In this document: positions 1-34,749 of the stretch, in pieces
Layout of the letters: every line of letters begins with the position of its first letter
Numbering within the stretch: position 1 is the stretch's first letter
Assembly: GCA_002269645.1 (NCBI GenBank)
Contig: NIVC01002646.1
Coordinates: 89,243 to 153,242 of the forward strand
Direction: 5' to 3'
Length of the DNA stretch: 64,000 bases
DNA from: Macrostomum lignano
Taxonomy: Eukaryota
Position numbers and translations under genes: made by a program
The notes under the pieces: generated by a model
The model's database searches: none
The model's input: the letters and a program-made list of their open reading frames with translations, nothing else
Told to the model about the DNA's origin: nothing

Positions 1-405
1 AGTCGCTGGGCCAGCCTCCCAGATCACCAGTTGCTGGGCCAGCCTCCCAGATCCTCAGTTGCTGGGCCACCAACCTCCCAGATCCTCAGTTGCTGGGCCA
101 CCAACCTCCCAGATCCTCAGTTGCTGGCCCAGCCTTCCAGAGTGTCAGTCGCTGGGCCAGCCTCCCAGATCCTCAGTTGCTGGGCCAGCCTCCCAGATCC
201 TCAGTCCCCAGTTGCTGGGCCAGCCTCCCAGATCCCCAGTTGCTGGGCCAGCCTCCCAAATCCTCAGTTGCTTGGACAGCCGCCCAGATCCTCAGTTGCT
301 AGGCCAGCCTCCGGATCCTCAGTTGCTGGGCCAGCCTCTCAGATCCTCAGTTGCTGGGCCAGCCTCTCAGATCCTCAGTTGCTGGACCAGCCTCCCAGAT
401 TCTCA
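1..405 (+). repeat. 28/32-bp minisatellite (GCTGGGCCAGCCTCCCAGATCCTCAGTT), intronic
   Basis: Tandem copies read directly; same unit as 3712-4765 and, inverted, 36205-37953. Boundaries approximate. Confidence 0.95.
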
Positions 406-442
406 ATCCTGACCCATGGCAAGCTTATTTCACTTTCCACAG

Positions 443-632
443 GTGATGCAGCAACGGCAGCATCTCAGCGGCGTCCAGCAGCTCCCAGCCTCCCCATCGC
501 CTTCCTCATCCTCATCGTCGGTGGCTTCGCCTGCGCCTCCGCCGCCGCCGCCACCCCGAAGCGAGACCACCGTGGCCACCGTTGGCCGCCCATTGGCGCC
601 GCCGCCCTACCACCAGGCCGTTGCTAGGCGAG
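443..632 (+). CDS. Penultimate coding exon of an unidentified gene (Pro/Ser-rich tail with PPPY motif)
   Basis: Acceptor ctttccacag|GTG at 442/443, donor GCGAG|gtgagt at 632/633, GC-rich island, open frame VMQQRQ...PPPPPPP...LAPPPYHQAVARR; ends in phase 1, matching exon 3548. Confidence 0.7.
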
Positions 633-894
633 GTGAGTCATAATTGAATTTATTCTTATTATAAGCGCAAATCATAGTTTTTATGCTTGTTGTTCACGTA
701 TTGCTGAAATGCTTTGTATGTTATTCACGCTTCTTTATGTGGTTGGTTGTTATGTTATCACTGGGAGCACTTTTTATTAATTCGGAGGGAATGTATTGAT
801 TTTCCAGATTTGTACTTCTTTGTAGGTTTTATTATGATTTGCTCAATTTCAATTCGCAATCTTTTGGTCAGGTGCCTCTTGTAATCTGCTTCTT

Positions 895-1370
895 GCTATC
901 TACCCTTCCTATCTACTTTCCAATCTACCCTTCCAATCTACTTTCCTATCTACCCTTCCTATCTACCCTTCCTATCTACCTTTCCTATCTACCCTTCCTA
1001 TCTACCCTTCCTATCTACCCTTCCTATCTACCCTTCCTATCTACCCTTCCTATCTACTTACCTATCTACCCTTCCTATCTACCCTTCCTATCTACCCTTC
1101 CTATCTACTTACCTATCTACCCTTCCTATCTACCCTTCCTATCTACCCTTCCTATCTACCCTTCCTATCTACCCTTCCTATCTACCCTTCCTATCTACCC
1201 TTCCTATCTACCCTTCCTATCTACCATTCCCATCTACCCTTCCTATCTACTTTTCCGATCTACTTTTCCTATCTACCCTTCCAATCTACTTTCCTATCTA
1301 CCCTTCCAATCTACTTTTCTATCTACCCTTCCAATCTATTTTTCCTATCTATATCTTCAATCTACTTTCT
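895..1370 (+). repeat. 13-bp minisatellite (CTACCCTTCCTAT)n
   Basis: Direct reading; approximate ends. Confidence 0.9.
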
Positions 1371-2214
1371 TTAACCCTATGCCCTTCTTTTTAAGCTTCT
1401 TTGCCACTGATTTTTGTCAATAATGCTTTAAATTCATTGACATCTTGTTAATTAGAATTTTATTTATAATTTATTAAGTTGATGTGTATTTTTCTCGAAT
1501 CTCAGTGCTGATATTTATTACAATTATCAGTAGAGGTTTCGGACTTAGTAACTGTTTGTTATATTTAACCCACGCACCACTGTCCCATGATTACATAAGT
1601 TAATAAATAAAGATAATCCCTAATCCGGAATACAAAACTTTAACAGATTATTAACAATTATTTATTATAAAGTTTTGCCGTTGTGTGATAACATTTGTCA
1701 CAATTTGTTGATTTTAATAAATCAATCAATTATATCTTTCCCGATTGTAAAATGATTAAATCCTCTACCGAAAACAAAATCACTTTATTTAATAAGCCAA
1801 TCGTATTTGTGCAGTTCCTTTACCTTGCCGTTTTTTTCTTAGAATCTCTCGGATAGAATGACTAAAAATTCCTACAAATTGAACAAGGTATATTTGTTTA
1901 ACTATACTGCAATAACTCATGTTTAATAGTAATATATAACTTAACTATATTTCATTAACCTGCGAAACCAGCAAGCCAATGTCTTTGGCAGCTTAATAAT
2001 GTTATAATATCAATGCATAACAAAGTTATTTTTGTTTTTTTGACCATTATCTATAAAACGACATTTTTTTGGTTTGTTTGAGCTAATCTGCAGTAGTTCG
2101 GTCTGGCTTTTAACTCATGGTGTGCTGGAAATTAACAATGAATGACAGCGTCAAATTGAAGTGCAAAACTTTATAATGCCCGTCAAAATTATTCCAAGGT
2201 CATTTTAAGCTTTA

Positions 2215-2990
2215 TCACTTCGCACTATCTCATTTATGGGTCATTGTTGGTTGCGTCACTTCACATCCTCTCTCATTTATGAGTCATTGTTGGTTGCATA
2301 ACTTAACACCCTCTCTCATTTTTTGAGTCATTGTTGGTTGCATCACTTCACATCCTTTCTCATTTATGAGTCATTGTTGGTTGCATCACTTCTCACCCTC
2401 TCTCATTTATGAGTCATTGTTGGTTGCATAACTTAACACCCTCTCTCATTTTTTGAGTCATTGTTGGTTGCATCACTTCACATCCTTTCTCATTTATGAG
2501 TCATTGTTGGTTGCATCACTTCTCACCCTCTCTCATTTATGAGTCATTGTTTTTTGCATCACTTCACACCCTCTCATTTATGGGTCATTGTTAGTTGCAT
2601 CACTTTACACCCTCTCATTTATGGGTCATTGTTGGTTGCGTCACTTCATACCCTCTCATTTATGAGTCATTGTTGGTTGCATCACTTCACATCCTCTCTC
2701 ATTTATGAGTCATTGTTGGTTGCACCACTTCACATCCTCTCTCATTTATGAGTCATTGTTGGTTGCATCACTTTACACCCTCTCATTTACGGGTCATTGT
2801 TGGTTGCGTCACTTCATACCCTCTCATTTATGAGTCATTGTTGGTTGCATCACTTCTCACCCTCTATCATTTATGAGTCATTGTTAGTTGCATCACTTCA
2901 TACCCTCTCATTTATGAGTCATTGTTAGTTGCATCACTTCATACTTTCTCATTTATAAGTCATTGTTGGTTGCATCACTTTAAACCCTCT
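2215..2990 (+). repeat. 41-43-bp minisatellite (CATCACTTCACATCCTCTCTCATTTATGAGTCATTGTTGGTTG)n
   Basis: Direct reading; approximate ends. Confidence 0.9.
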
Positions 2991-3547
2991 TAATGTCTTT
3001 GTCAAGCAAGCTATTTACATTTAAACTTACATTGAAGGTCATTTTCATGCGTTCTGAACTAGCATTTCCTCTTGTGCACAAACGGCAGTTTTGCTATACT
3101 AATTCACACAGCTCAGTTTTTGTAGTAAACTTCTCTATTTCTAATTAAAAGTTTTGTTTGTGACCGCATTAAAAAAACATCATTTAAAACAACAGTGTTC
3201 ACAACTTGGCTGTAAGAATGTGGTCACCCAGCATTGGTAACTAACTGGAATCCATATTTTCATGTACTTTAAAAGTTAAATCATTCTTCAGATGTAGTTG
3301 AAATTTTAGTGCAAACAAAAATAATGTAATTTTGCACTTTCTAATACTCTGACTAATAGAACTATTAGTAGTGTGTTACACAACTTTTAGTTGACTTTTT
3401 TGAATGATCTGAAAAGCAAATTTATTTGAGAAAGCATGAAAAATTACTGAATGCTATTAAACATTTTAATATTCTTACTAACTTTTTATTTCTATAGTTT
3501 TTATAAGTTTCTATATTGTTTGTTTCTTCATTTAATTTCCATTTCAG

Positions 3548-3627
3548 CTGACACCACAGAGGCCGGAAGTCAGCACTCGACGGTCAGGCAGCAATGCAAC
3601 GATGATGAGTTAATTACTTTTGTGTAA
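3548..3627 (+). CDS. Terminal coding exon of the same unidentified gene (ADTTEAGSQHSTVRQQCNDDELITFV*)
   Basis: Acceptor ttccatttcag|CT at 3547/3548, phase 1 joins exon 443-632 in frame; TAA at 3625-3627; C-terminal T-F-V fits a class I PDZ-binding motif. Confidence 0.65.
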
Positions 3628-3711
3628 CATTCTGCGTGTGATATAGCTTTGTATTTGCTTGGCCCTTCTGGTAGCTTGCTTTTGCTTGCTTTCACTGTGT
3701 TCGCTGTTTGC

Positions 3712-4765
3712 AAGATCCTCATCAGTTGCTGGGCCAGCCTCTCATATCCTCAGTTGCTGGGCCAGCCTCCCAGATCCTCAGTCGCTGGGCCAGCCTCTCA
3801 GATCCTCAGTTGCTGGGCCAGCCTTTCAGATCCTCAGTTGCTGGGCCAGCCTCCCAGATCCTCATCAGTCGCTGAGCCAGCCTCCCAGATCCTCATCAGT
3901 CGCTGGGCCAGCCTCCCAGATCCTCAGTTGCTGGGCCAGCCTCCCAGATCCTCATCAGTCGCTGGGCCAGCCTCCCAGATCCTCAGTTGCTGGGCCAGCC
4001 TCCCAGATCCTCAGTTGCTAGGCCAGCCTCCCAGATCCTCAGTTGCTGGGCCAGCCTTCCAGATCCTCATCAGTCGCTGGGCCAGCCTCTCAGATCCTCA
4101 GTTGCTGGGCCAGCCTCCCACATCCTCAGTTGCTGTGTCAGCCTCCCAGATCCTCATCAGTTGCTGGGCCAGCCTCCCAGATCCTCAGTTGCTGGGCCAG
4201 CCTCTCAGATCCTCATCAGTTGCTGGGCCAGCCTCTCAGATCCTCATCAGTTGCTGGGCCAGCCTCCCAGATCCTCAGTTGCTGGGCCAGCCTTTCGATC
4301 CTCATCAGTTGCTGGGCCAGCCTCTCAGATCCTCAGTTGCTGGGCCAGCCTCCCAGATCCTCAGTTGCTGGGCCAGCCTCCCCGATCCTCATCAGTTGCT
4401 GGGCCAGCCTCTCAGATCCTCAGTTGCTGGGCCAGCCTCCCAGGTCCTCAGTTGCTGGGCCAGCCTCCCCGATCCTCATCAGTTGCTGGGCCAGCCTCTC
4501 AGATCCTCAGTTGCTGGGCCAGCCTCCCAGATCCTCAATTGCTGGGCCAGCCTCCCAGATCCTCAGTTGCTGGGCCAGCCTCCCAGATTCTCAGTTGCTG
4601 GGCCAGCCTCCCAGATCCTCAATTGCTGGGCCAGCCTCCCAGATCCTCAGTTGCTGGGCCAGCCTCCCAGATCCTCAGTTGCTGGGCCAGCCTCCCAGAT
4701 TCTCAATTGCTGGGCCAGCCTCTCAGATCCTCAGTTGCTGGGCCAGCCAGCCTCCCAGATTCTCA
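3712..4765 (+). repeat. 28/32-bp minisatellite (GCTGGGCCAGCCTCCCAGATCCTCAGTT)n
   Basis: Direct reading; source of the spurious 240-390 aa ORFs in the track. Confidence 0.95.
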
Positions 4766-5714
4766 TAGGTACACCTAATGGCATAGTATCAAGGAAGCAG
4801 TTTATTCAGCGATTCCACTAAATATTTCATGTACAAGTTTCATCTCAAGTATGCAAAGAATTCAACCCTGCTTACTGTGTGCTTGCCACCAATAACGGTT
4901 CACACACTGTTGGACCTCGATAATGATTCACATGAGCTGTTATATCATAAGCTAGCCATTCATTCTCTGTCTACAAACTGTGCATTATCCAAAAAGTCTG
5001 AATTATATACGAGCGTAGTAGTTATTTCTAAGTTTAAAACAAAAATCAATTTTAACTGAAATCGGTTATGCTCACCTTTGCCGGCTGTGTTAACCTTTAA
5101 TTCTGTCTACTTATTTATTAATTAATAATACGCCTTATTTATTAACATTTTTCTACAAACTACACTTGTTTGTCCTTTTAGCCAACCAGAAAATGTTTTA
5201 ACATTATTTCTTAATTCTCCACGCAAACTTGGCGCATGAAATTTGGAAATCAAGCCTTATATAATTTAATTTCAAGCTTACCTGTATAACTACTAATTAC
5301 TTTGCTCTATATACTTAGATAAGTAGAAATGGCTGCTTATTTTTGTTTGAATTTTCTTGTTTTTAATTACAAGTAGAAATTAAAAATATGTAATGATATT
5401 CCATGCGCGCGCTTCTGCAGGTACAAATTATTGAATTGCTGTTTTGTCTGTCTAGAATTGTTTGTTTGTGTGTTGCATAAATTGCTTATTTTCTGTTTGT
5501 TGTTGTATATCTCTGTTTAATTGCTACTTCTACCGATTGTATATTGTATTGTAAATGTAAAAATAATTTAAATATAACTGAGAGTTGTGAACGCTTTATG
5601 CAGACCGTTTATGTATAAATAATAATTCTTGATTGTTTGTTGTCTATTTGTCTCTAAATTAATTCACCTTGTATGTATCTTTTGATTTCCGTCCTTCCAT
5701 GTACCTAAATATAG

Positions 5715-6075
5715 CCCTTTGGGATTCTCCTTGCCTTATATCCAACCTCTGGGATTCCCCTTGCCTTTATCCTACCCTCTGGGATTCCCCTTGCCTTTAT
5801 CCTACTTTCTGGGATTCCCCTTGCCTTTATCCTTCTCTCTGGGATTCCCCTTGCCTTTATCCTACCCTCTGGGATTCCCTTTGCCTTTATCCTACTCTCT
5901 GGGATTCCCCTTGCCTTTATCCTTCTCTCTGGGATTCCCCTTGCCTTTATCCTACTCTCTGGGATTCTCCTTGTCTTTATCCTATGGGATTCCCCTTGTC
6001 TTTCTCGTACTCTCTGGGATTCCCCTTGCCTTTATCCTACTCTCTGGGATTCCCCTTGCCTTTATCCTACTCTCT
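5715..6075 (+). repeat. 30-bp minisatellite (CTCTGGGATTCCCCTTGCCTTTATCCTACT)n
   Basis: Direct reading. Confidence 0.9.
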
Positions 6076-6626
6076 ATTCATTCTCTCTTCATTATCCTAC
6101 CTCTTCATAATCTCCTCTCGATTAAATCTACCATAATCCGGTATGTTATGAAGCTATGCAATTATATAACTACATCTGGGATTTGTGCAGAAAATCGAAT
6201 TAACTTTTCTAGTCATTCTACTTAAAGTAAAAACCCGATGAAGTCGAAATTGTTTTTTAAGACACACCTCTGATACGGGACTAAAATATATTTTAGAAGT
6301 ACGTAGTTTAGTAAAGATTATAAATTTATGCTTGTGGTTCCCGGAATGTAGGATTTAATTCAGTGAGATTTAACTAAAAGCTACATTACAGTAAGATTTA
6401 AATTAACATTATCGTATAGAGTCTGGTAAAATAATCAGATCTGGTTAGTATAAGCAGGACTACAAGAACTGACATATAGTTACTTCTTAAGATTCTTCAC
6501 AATGACACATTGTAATACAAGTTTATAATATGCCTACTAGGATACTAGATTCTGACCGCATGACCTTCTCTATACTTGTCCGAAAAACTAAATAAACTTG
6601 GAAACTGTTGTCATGGTTACGAGCTG

Positions 6627-28896
<22,270 letters not shown>

Positions 28897-29304
28897 TGCG
28901 CAGCACTTGGTGCTGTCTTAAAATTTTCTGTCTTATATAAAATATTGAAGTCTCTATTTAAAATTATGCCTACAGTCTTAGTTATGAAGATTTTTATCAC
29001 GCATTTATGGACTGTAGCCGAACTGATAGATGTTTTTCTGCCGGCATCTGCCTTTGGATTAGCTTGTACATGTCCGGATTATCCAATAGGGACTAGATGG
29101 AGAATGCTGCAGATTTTCACAGCCAGTTTCTATTGGATCTGGATGGGCATCCAATATGTTACCAGTTTCTGTTGCTAAATTGCTTGTCATTCCAAGAAAT
29201 CGCACATTCCTCTTACTACTCAGTTTTCAGTAGTTGTGTTCAATTAAAATCGGTGCAAACTTGCGTCTTAGGTCTACCGTAGGATTCGAGTAAGAAACCC
29301 GAAC

Positions 29305-30435
29305 ACTGACTAACACCTGACAAATACTGACCAACACCAATGACAAACACTGACCAACACCTGACAAAAACTGACCAACACCTGACAAATACTGACCAAC
29401 ACCTGACAAACACTGACCAACACCAATGACAAACACTGACCAACACCTGACAAAAACTGACCAACACTTGACAAATACTGACCAACACCTGACAAACACT
29501 GACTAACACCTGACAAACACTGACCAACATCTGAAAAACACTGACCAACACCTGAAAAACACTGACCAACACCTGACAAACACTGACCAACACCTGACAA
29601 ACACTGACCAACAACACCTGACAAACACTGACCAACACCTGACAAACACTGACCAACACCTGACAAACACTGACCAACAACTGGAAAACACTGACCAACA
29701 TCTGACAAACACTGACCAACACCTGACAAACACTGACCAACACCTGACAAACACTGACCAACATCTGAAAAACACTGACCAACACCTGAAAAACACTGAC
29801 CAACATCTGAAAAACACTGACCAACACCTGAAAAACACTGACCAACACCTGAAAAACACTGACCAACAACTGGAAAACACTGACCAACACCTGACAAACA
29901 CTGACCAACACCTGACAAACACTGACCAACAACTGGAAAACACTGACCAACATCTGACAAACACTGACCAACACCTGACAAACACTGACCAACACCTGAC
30001 AAACACTGACCAACACCTGAAAAACACTGACCAACATCTGACAAACACTGACCAACACCTGACAAACACTGACCAACACCTGACAAACACTGACCAACAA
30101 CACCTGACAAACACTGACCAACACCTGACAAACACTGACCAACAACACCTGACAAACACTGACCAACATCTGACAAACACTGACCAACATCTGACAAATA
30201 CTGACAGAACACCTGACAAACACTGACCAACACCTGAAAAACACTGACCAACACCTGACAAACACTGACCAACATCTGACAAATACTGACCAACAACTGA
30301 CAAAAACTGACCAACACCTGACAAACACTGACCAACACCTGACAAACATTGTCCAACACCTGACAAACACTGACCAATACCTGAAAAACACTGACCAACA
30401 CCTGACAAACACTGTCTTACACCTGACCAACACTT
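29305..30435 (+). repeat. 21-bp minisatellite (CTGACCAACACCTGACAAACA)n between the divergent PLCB and NIPSNAP starts
   Basis: Direct reading; source of 320-400 aa pseudo-ORFs. Confidence 0.95.
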
Positions 30436-30750
30436 GGTCAACAACACATTCAGTATAGACACTTTGTTCTTAACTTACAGCACCTAATTCTTGACTCTTA
30501 TAGCACTTGATAGCACAAGTCCCTAAAGTACGGTCGTAAGAACAGAACTGCATATTTACATAAGACGAACACTCTGCATACATTCATTGTAGGTATTGGC
30601 TTGGCAGGAAAGAATTAGAGTCAATAGCTGTCTGCCCCAGTCAACTCTGTACAAGTGGGTGAATATATTAGGGGACTAATCTTCAAGCCTTCTTATTACA
30701 AAATACCTGAATTATATTCTGATTTTTTATTCAAGTCAAAAGAAGAAAAA

Positions 30751-32966
30751 ATGTCAAGCCCCAAAGTGTACGAATTTCGTTACTACCAAATTGCTGCAAG
30801 ATTTGTCGTCCAGTTCAAGCAATTGGCAGCTCAGCATGTGCCGCACAGGGCGAGACGGTCGAGGCTCGTTGGAATCTGGATGACCGAGCTTGGGGCACTC
30901 AATCATGTGCTGCACGTCTGGGAGTACGGTATGCTGCACTTCTGAGGTCAATGGGTGCTGGGAGGGGTCAGTGGGTGCTGGAAGGGGTCAGTGGGTGTTG
31001 GAAGGGGTCAGTGGGTGTTGGAAAGGGTCAGTGGGTGCTGGAAGGGGTCAGTGGGTGTTGGAAGGGGTCAGTGGGTGTTGGAAAGGGTCAGTGGGTGCTG
31101 GAAGGGATCAGTGGGTGCTGGAAGGGGTCAGTGGGTGTTGGAAGGGGTCAGTGGGTGTTGGAAAGGGTCAGTGGGTGCTGGAAGGGGTCAGTGGGTGTTG
31201 GAAGGGGTCAGTGGGTGTTGGATAGGGTCAGTGGGTGCTGGAAGGGGTCAGTGCAGGTGCTGGAAGGGGTCAGTGGGTGTTGGAAGGGGTCAGTGGGTGT
31301 TGGAAGGGGTCAGAGGGTGCTAGAAGGGGGATTGGTGTGCTAGAAGGGGACAGGTGTGCTAGATAGGGGGGACAGGTGAGCTAGATAGGGGGAACAGGTG
31401 TGCTAGATAGGGGGACAGGTGTGCTAGAAGGGGGACAGGTGTGCTAGATAGGGGGGATAGGTGTGCTAGGAAGGGGACAGGTGTGCTAGAAGGGGGACAG
31501 GTGTGCTAGATAGGGGGGGACAGGTGTGCTAGCTAGGGGGGACAGGTGTGCTAAATAGGGGGGACAGGTGTGCTAGATAGGGGGGACAGGTGTGCTAGAT
31601 AGGGGGGACAGGTGTGCTAGATAGGTGAGACATGAGTGCTAGATAGGGGGACAGGTGTGCTAGAATGGGGACAAGTGCAACACAAAGTGTTATGCTTGTC
31701 CCCAAGAAGAGTGAAGACGCACTATAATCAAACACAATACATTTGTTCCATGCTCTTGCAGAATCCCTGGCTCACCGCAAGTCCGTGAGAGACGAGATGT
31801 ACACGGACACTGAGTGGACGGAATTTCTCGGCCAAGTTGGCCCAATGTTTCAAATGATGGACAACTGGCTCTGCCGCTGTGTGGCTGGCGATGCCAGCAG
31901 CCGGTGGCCTGACAAAGGTGAGAAGTAGAGAGGAAGGGGAGCACAAATGTCATGGTCCCAAAACTTCATGAGGGCAGGTTTATGATCCCAAACTTTATGA
32001 TCCCCTAACTTCATGATCCCCAAACTTCCTGATCCCCAAACTTCCTGATCCCCAAACTTCCTGATCCCCAAACTTCATGATCCCCAAACTTCATGATCCC
32101 CAAACTTCATGATTCCCAAGCTTCATGATTCCCAAACTTCATGATCCCCAAACTTCATGATCCCCAAACTTATAATGATCCCCAAACTTCATGATCCCCC
32201 AACTTCATGATCCCCAAACTTCATGATCCCCAAACTTCATGATTCCCAAGCTTCATGATTCCCAAACTTCATGATCCCCAAACTTCATGATCTCCAAACT
32301 TCATCATGCCCAAACTTCAGGATGCCCAAACTTCAGGATTCCCAAACTTAATGATTCCCAAACTTCATGATTCCCAAACTTCATGATTCCCAAACTTCAT
32401 GATTCCCAAACTTCACGATCCCCAAACTTTATGATTCCCAAACCTTATGATCACAAAACTTCATGATCCCCAAACTTAACAATCCCCAAACTTCATGATC
32501 CCCAATTTTCACAGATTTCATTAAATGCTAATTAAATTGTCACCTAATTATAAAATGCAGAGTTCTACCAGCTCAGCACACTGAAATTTGCACCAATCGA
32601 GTCAGCAAAGACTGCTGCGACCGACTGCATCGAAGTCTGCAGCCAACGACCCGGCTTCAAGGCCGCCTTTGAAAGCCTGGTTGGAAAGGCGAACAGGCGT
32701 GAGATGGCTGGAGATTCTCTGCCTCCAAAGCACCCACTGCTTCCCTCAGCAACCCGTGCTATTTTATAGCACAAAAATCTATACAATGCTCTCATTTAAT
32801 TGATTTTTTACTTCTTCCGCTTCTAAAACCCGCAGTCTATGTCGTGGAGTCGGCCGCCGATCCTGACGACTTTCTGAGCCAAACAAACCTGTTGGAAAAA
32901 TCGGCTGGCGTTGCTATGGAAACCAAGATATTGACACCGCTACCATGGAGCGAGTGGCAGAGCTGA
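30751..32966 (+). CDS. NIPSNAP3: NIPSNAP-family protein (NIPSNAP3-like), 4 exons, 200 aa
   Basis: Exons 30751-30928, 31762-31917, 32561-32698, 32836-32966, GT-AG and phase-consistent. Motifs VYEFRYY, LVGIWMTELGALNHVLHVWEYESLAHRKSVR, C-terminal ETKILTPLPWSEWQ, typical of NIPSNAP domains. Confidence 0.88.
30945..31680 (+). repeat. Two abutting G-rich minisatellites in NIPSNAP intron 1: 20-bp (GGAAGGGGTCAGTGGGTGCT) then 21-23-bp (CAGGTGTGCTAGATAGGGGGGA)
   Basis: Direct reading. Confidence 0.92.
31980..32510 (+). repeat. 16-bp minisatellite (CTTCATGATCCCCAAA)n, NIPSNAP intron 2
   Basis: Direct reading. Confidence 0.92.
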
Positions 32967-33004
32967 CAAATTTTATGTAAATAATATTTATCAATCTATC
33001 TATA

Positions 33005-33296
33005 GGGGTTGTAGTGGTTAGAGCGTCGGACTCAGGACTGGAAAGTCGGGGGTTCGATTCCCGATCCCACAGAAACAATTTGTGTTCTTGAGCAAGACAC
33101 TCAACTCTGCATTGCTTCAGTTCACCCAGCTGTAAAATGGGTGCCAGCATTAGCCACAGATACTAGAATAACTGGAATACTCTAGTATCTGTGGCATTAG
33201 CTGGGGTAACTGAGGGTGTGTGGCGACCCCCCGGTCCTTTGGACTGAACAGCCGTACGCAGCCTTCAGATGTGCCGCCCATTAGGGCAGGTGTAAT
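33005..33296 (+). mobile_element. tRNA-derived CORE-type SINE, copy 1
   Basis: tRNA-like head with B box GGTTCGATTCC (33051-33061); central GTGTTCTTGAGCAAGACACTCAAC...TTGCTTCAGTTCACCCAGCTGTAAAATGGG resembles the CORE domain of MIR-type SINEs; colinear with copy at 60431-60726. Confidence 0.85.
33155..33193. mobile_element. 39-bp micro-MITE (13-bp TIR CACAGATACTAGA, 8-bp TSD GCATTAGC) inserted in SINE copy 1
   Basis: TIRs 33155-33167 and 33181-33193; TSDs 33147-33154 and 33194-33201; SINE copy 2 has a single GCATTAGC (60583-60590), i.e. the empty site. Confidence 0.85.
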
Positions 33297-33315
33297 CAAT
33301 TATTATTTATTATTA

Positions 33316-33808
<493 letters not shown>

Positions 33809-34749
33809 GATGTTGGTGTGCTAGAATTTTAAATGAACAACAATGAAACACCAAAATATTATTATTTTGTGTCTAACCAGGGATAAAGAAGAAATCAGTA
33901 CAAAACTTGCTTAATAAAGTCTCTCTTATATTTTTACTATCAGCGAAGTCTATACAGTACAGGACACAGGATTATTATGTACTTTACTAATATAAATAAC
34001 CACTGTCTGTAAGTCTGTGCTATTCTTTAACTCTAACTAAATACATTTTTCTTGAATAATTTAACTTAAATTAACGATGAAGAAAAGTAGTCGCTTATTA
34101 AACAGAACAAAATAGATTGCATTACATACTTGTATACATCTTGGAACATAGTTCACACAAAAAAGGTTTTTAAAATTACATCGAATGTGAAGCAGTCAAA
34201 TAATTATTATTTAAATAACCGATTCTGAAAATCACGTGCTACTTTCTACTAATAATTTTAGCTACTTACACTAATGAGTAGTATAATTAGAATATACATT
34301 TCTGTAGCACTAAAAAAGGCACAGCCGTTTCAGCAAAGTTCAAATGTTTTATTGTTTTATTGTTTTTGGTAGTGTGGAATTCGGTGAAATTAAAAAGTAC
34401 AGAATGTACACCGAATGCAAAAGAAGGCATAGGATGGAATAAATAGGAAAGATGTACGGGAGTATACGCGTGACGTGCAGAAATAAATGTGTTTGAAGAA
34501 TGATATAATTTTCTACAATCAAACACTGCATGCTTCTTGGAACTTTTTTTGAAGACTTACTTCTGCCGAAGTATCGCGTATACTTCTTGTACATGGGCAG
34601 CAGATTATTTTAATATTCTATTTCTGTAGTACATGTGCATACTATTAAAGAAAAACAAAATATGAGACCAATATATCCATATTTATTCCATAGAATATCA
34701 GTAAACAAGCTCATTTAAAAATGAAAAAAGCAACTGTACTTTAATTAGA

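Noticed and set aside
3649-4821. Long ORFs (240-390 aa) such as LLGQPPRSSVAGPASQILSCWASLPDPQ repeats, also at 31-627 and 36129-37871
   Set aside because: Translations of a 28/32-bp minisatellite that is open in several frames and lies in introns or UTR.
33005-33070. Functional tRNA gene (also 60431-60510)
   Set aside because: Acceptor stem does not close, and both heads continue into a shared SINE body.
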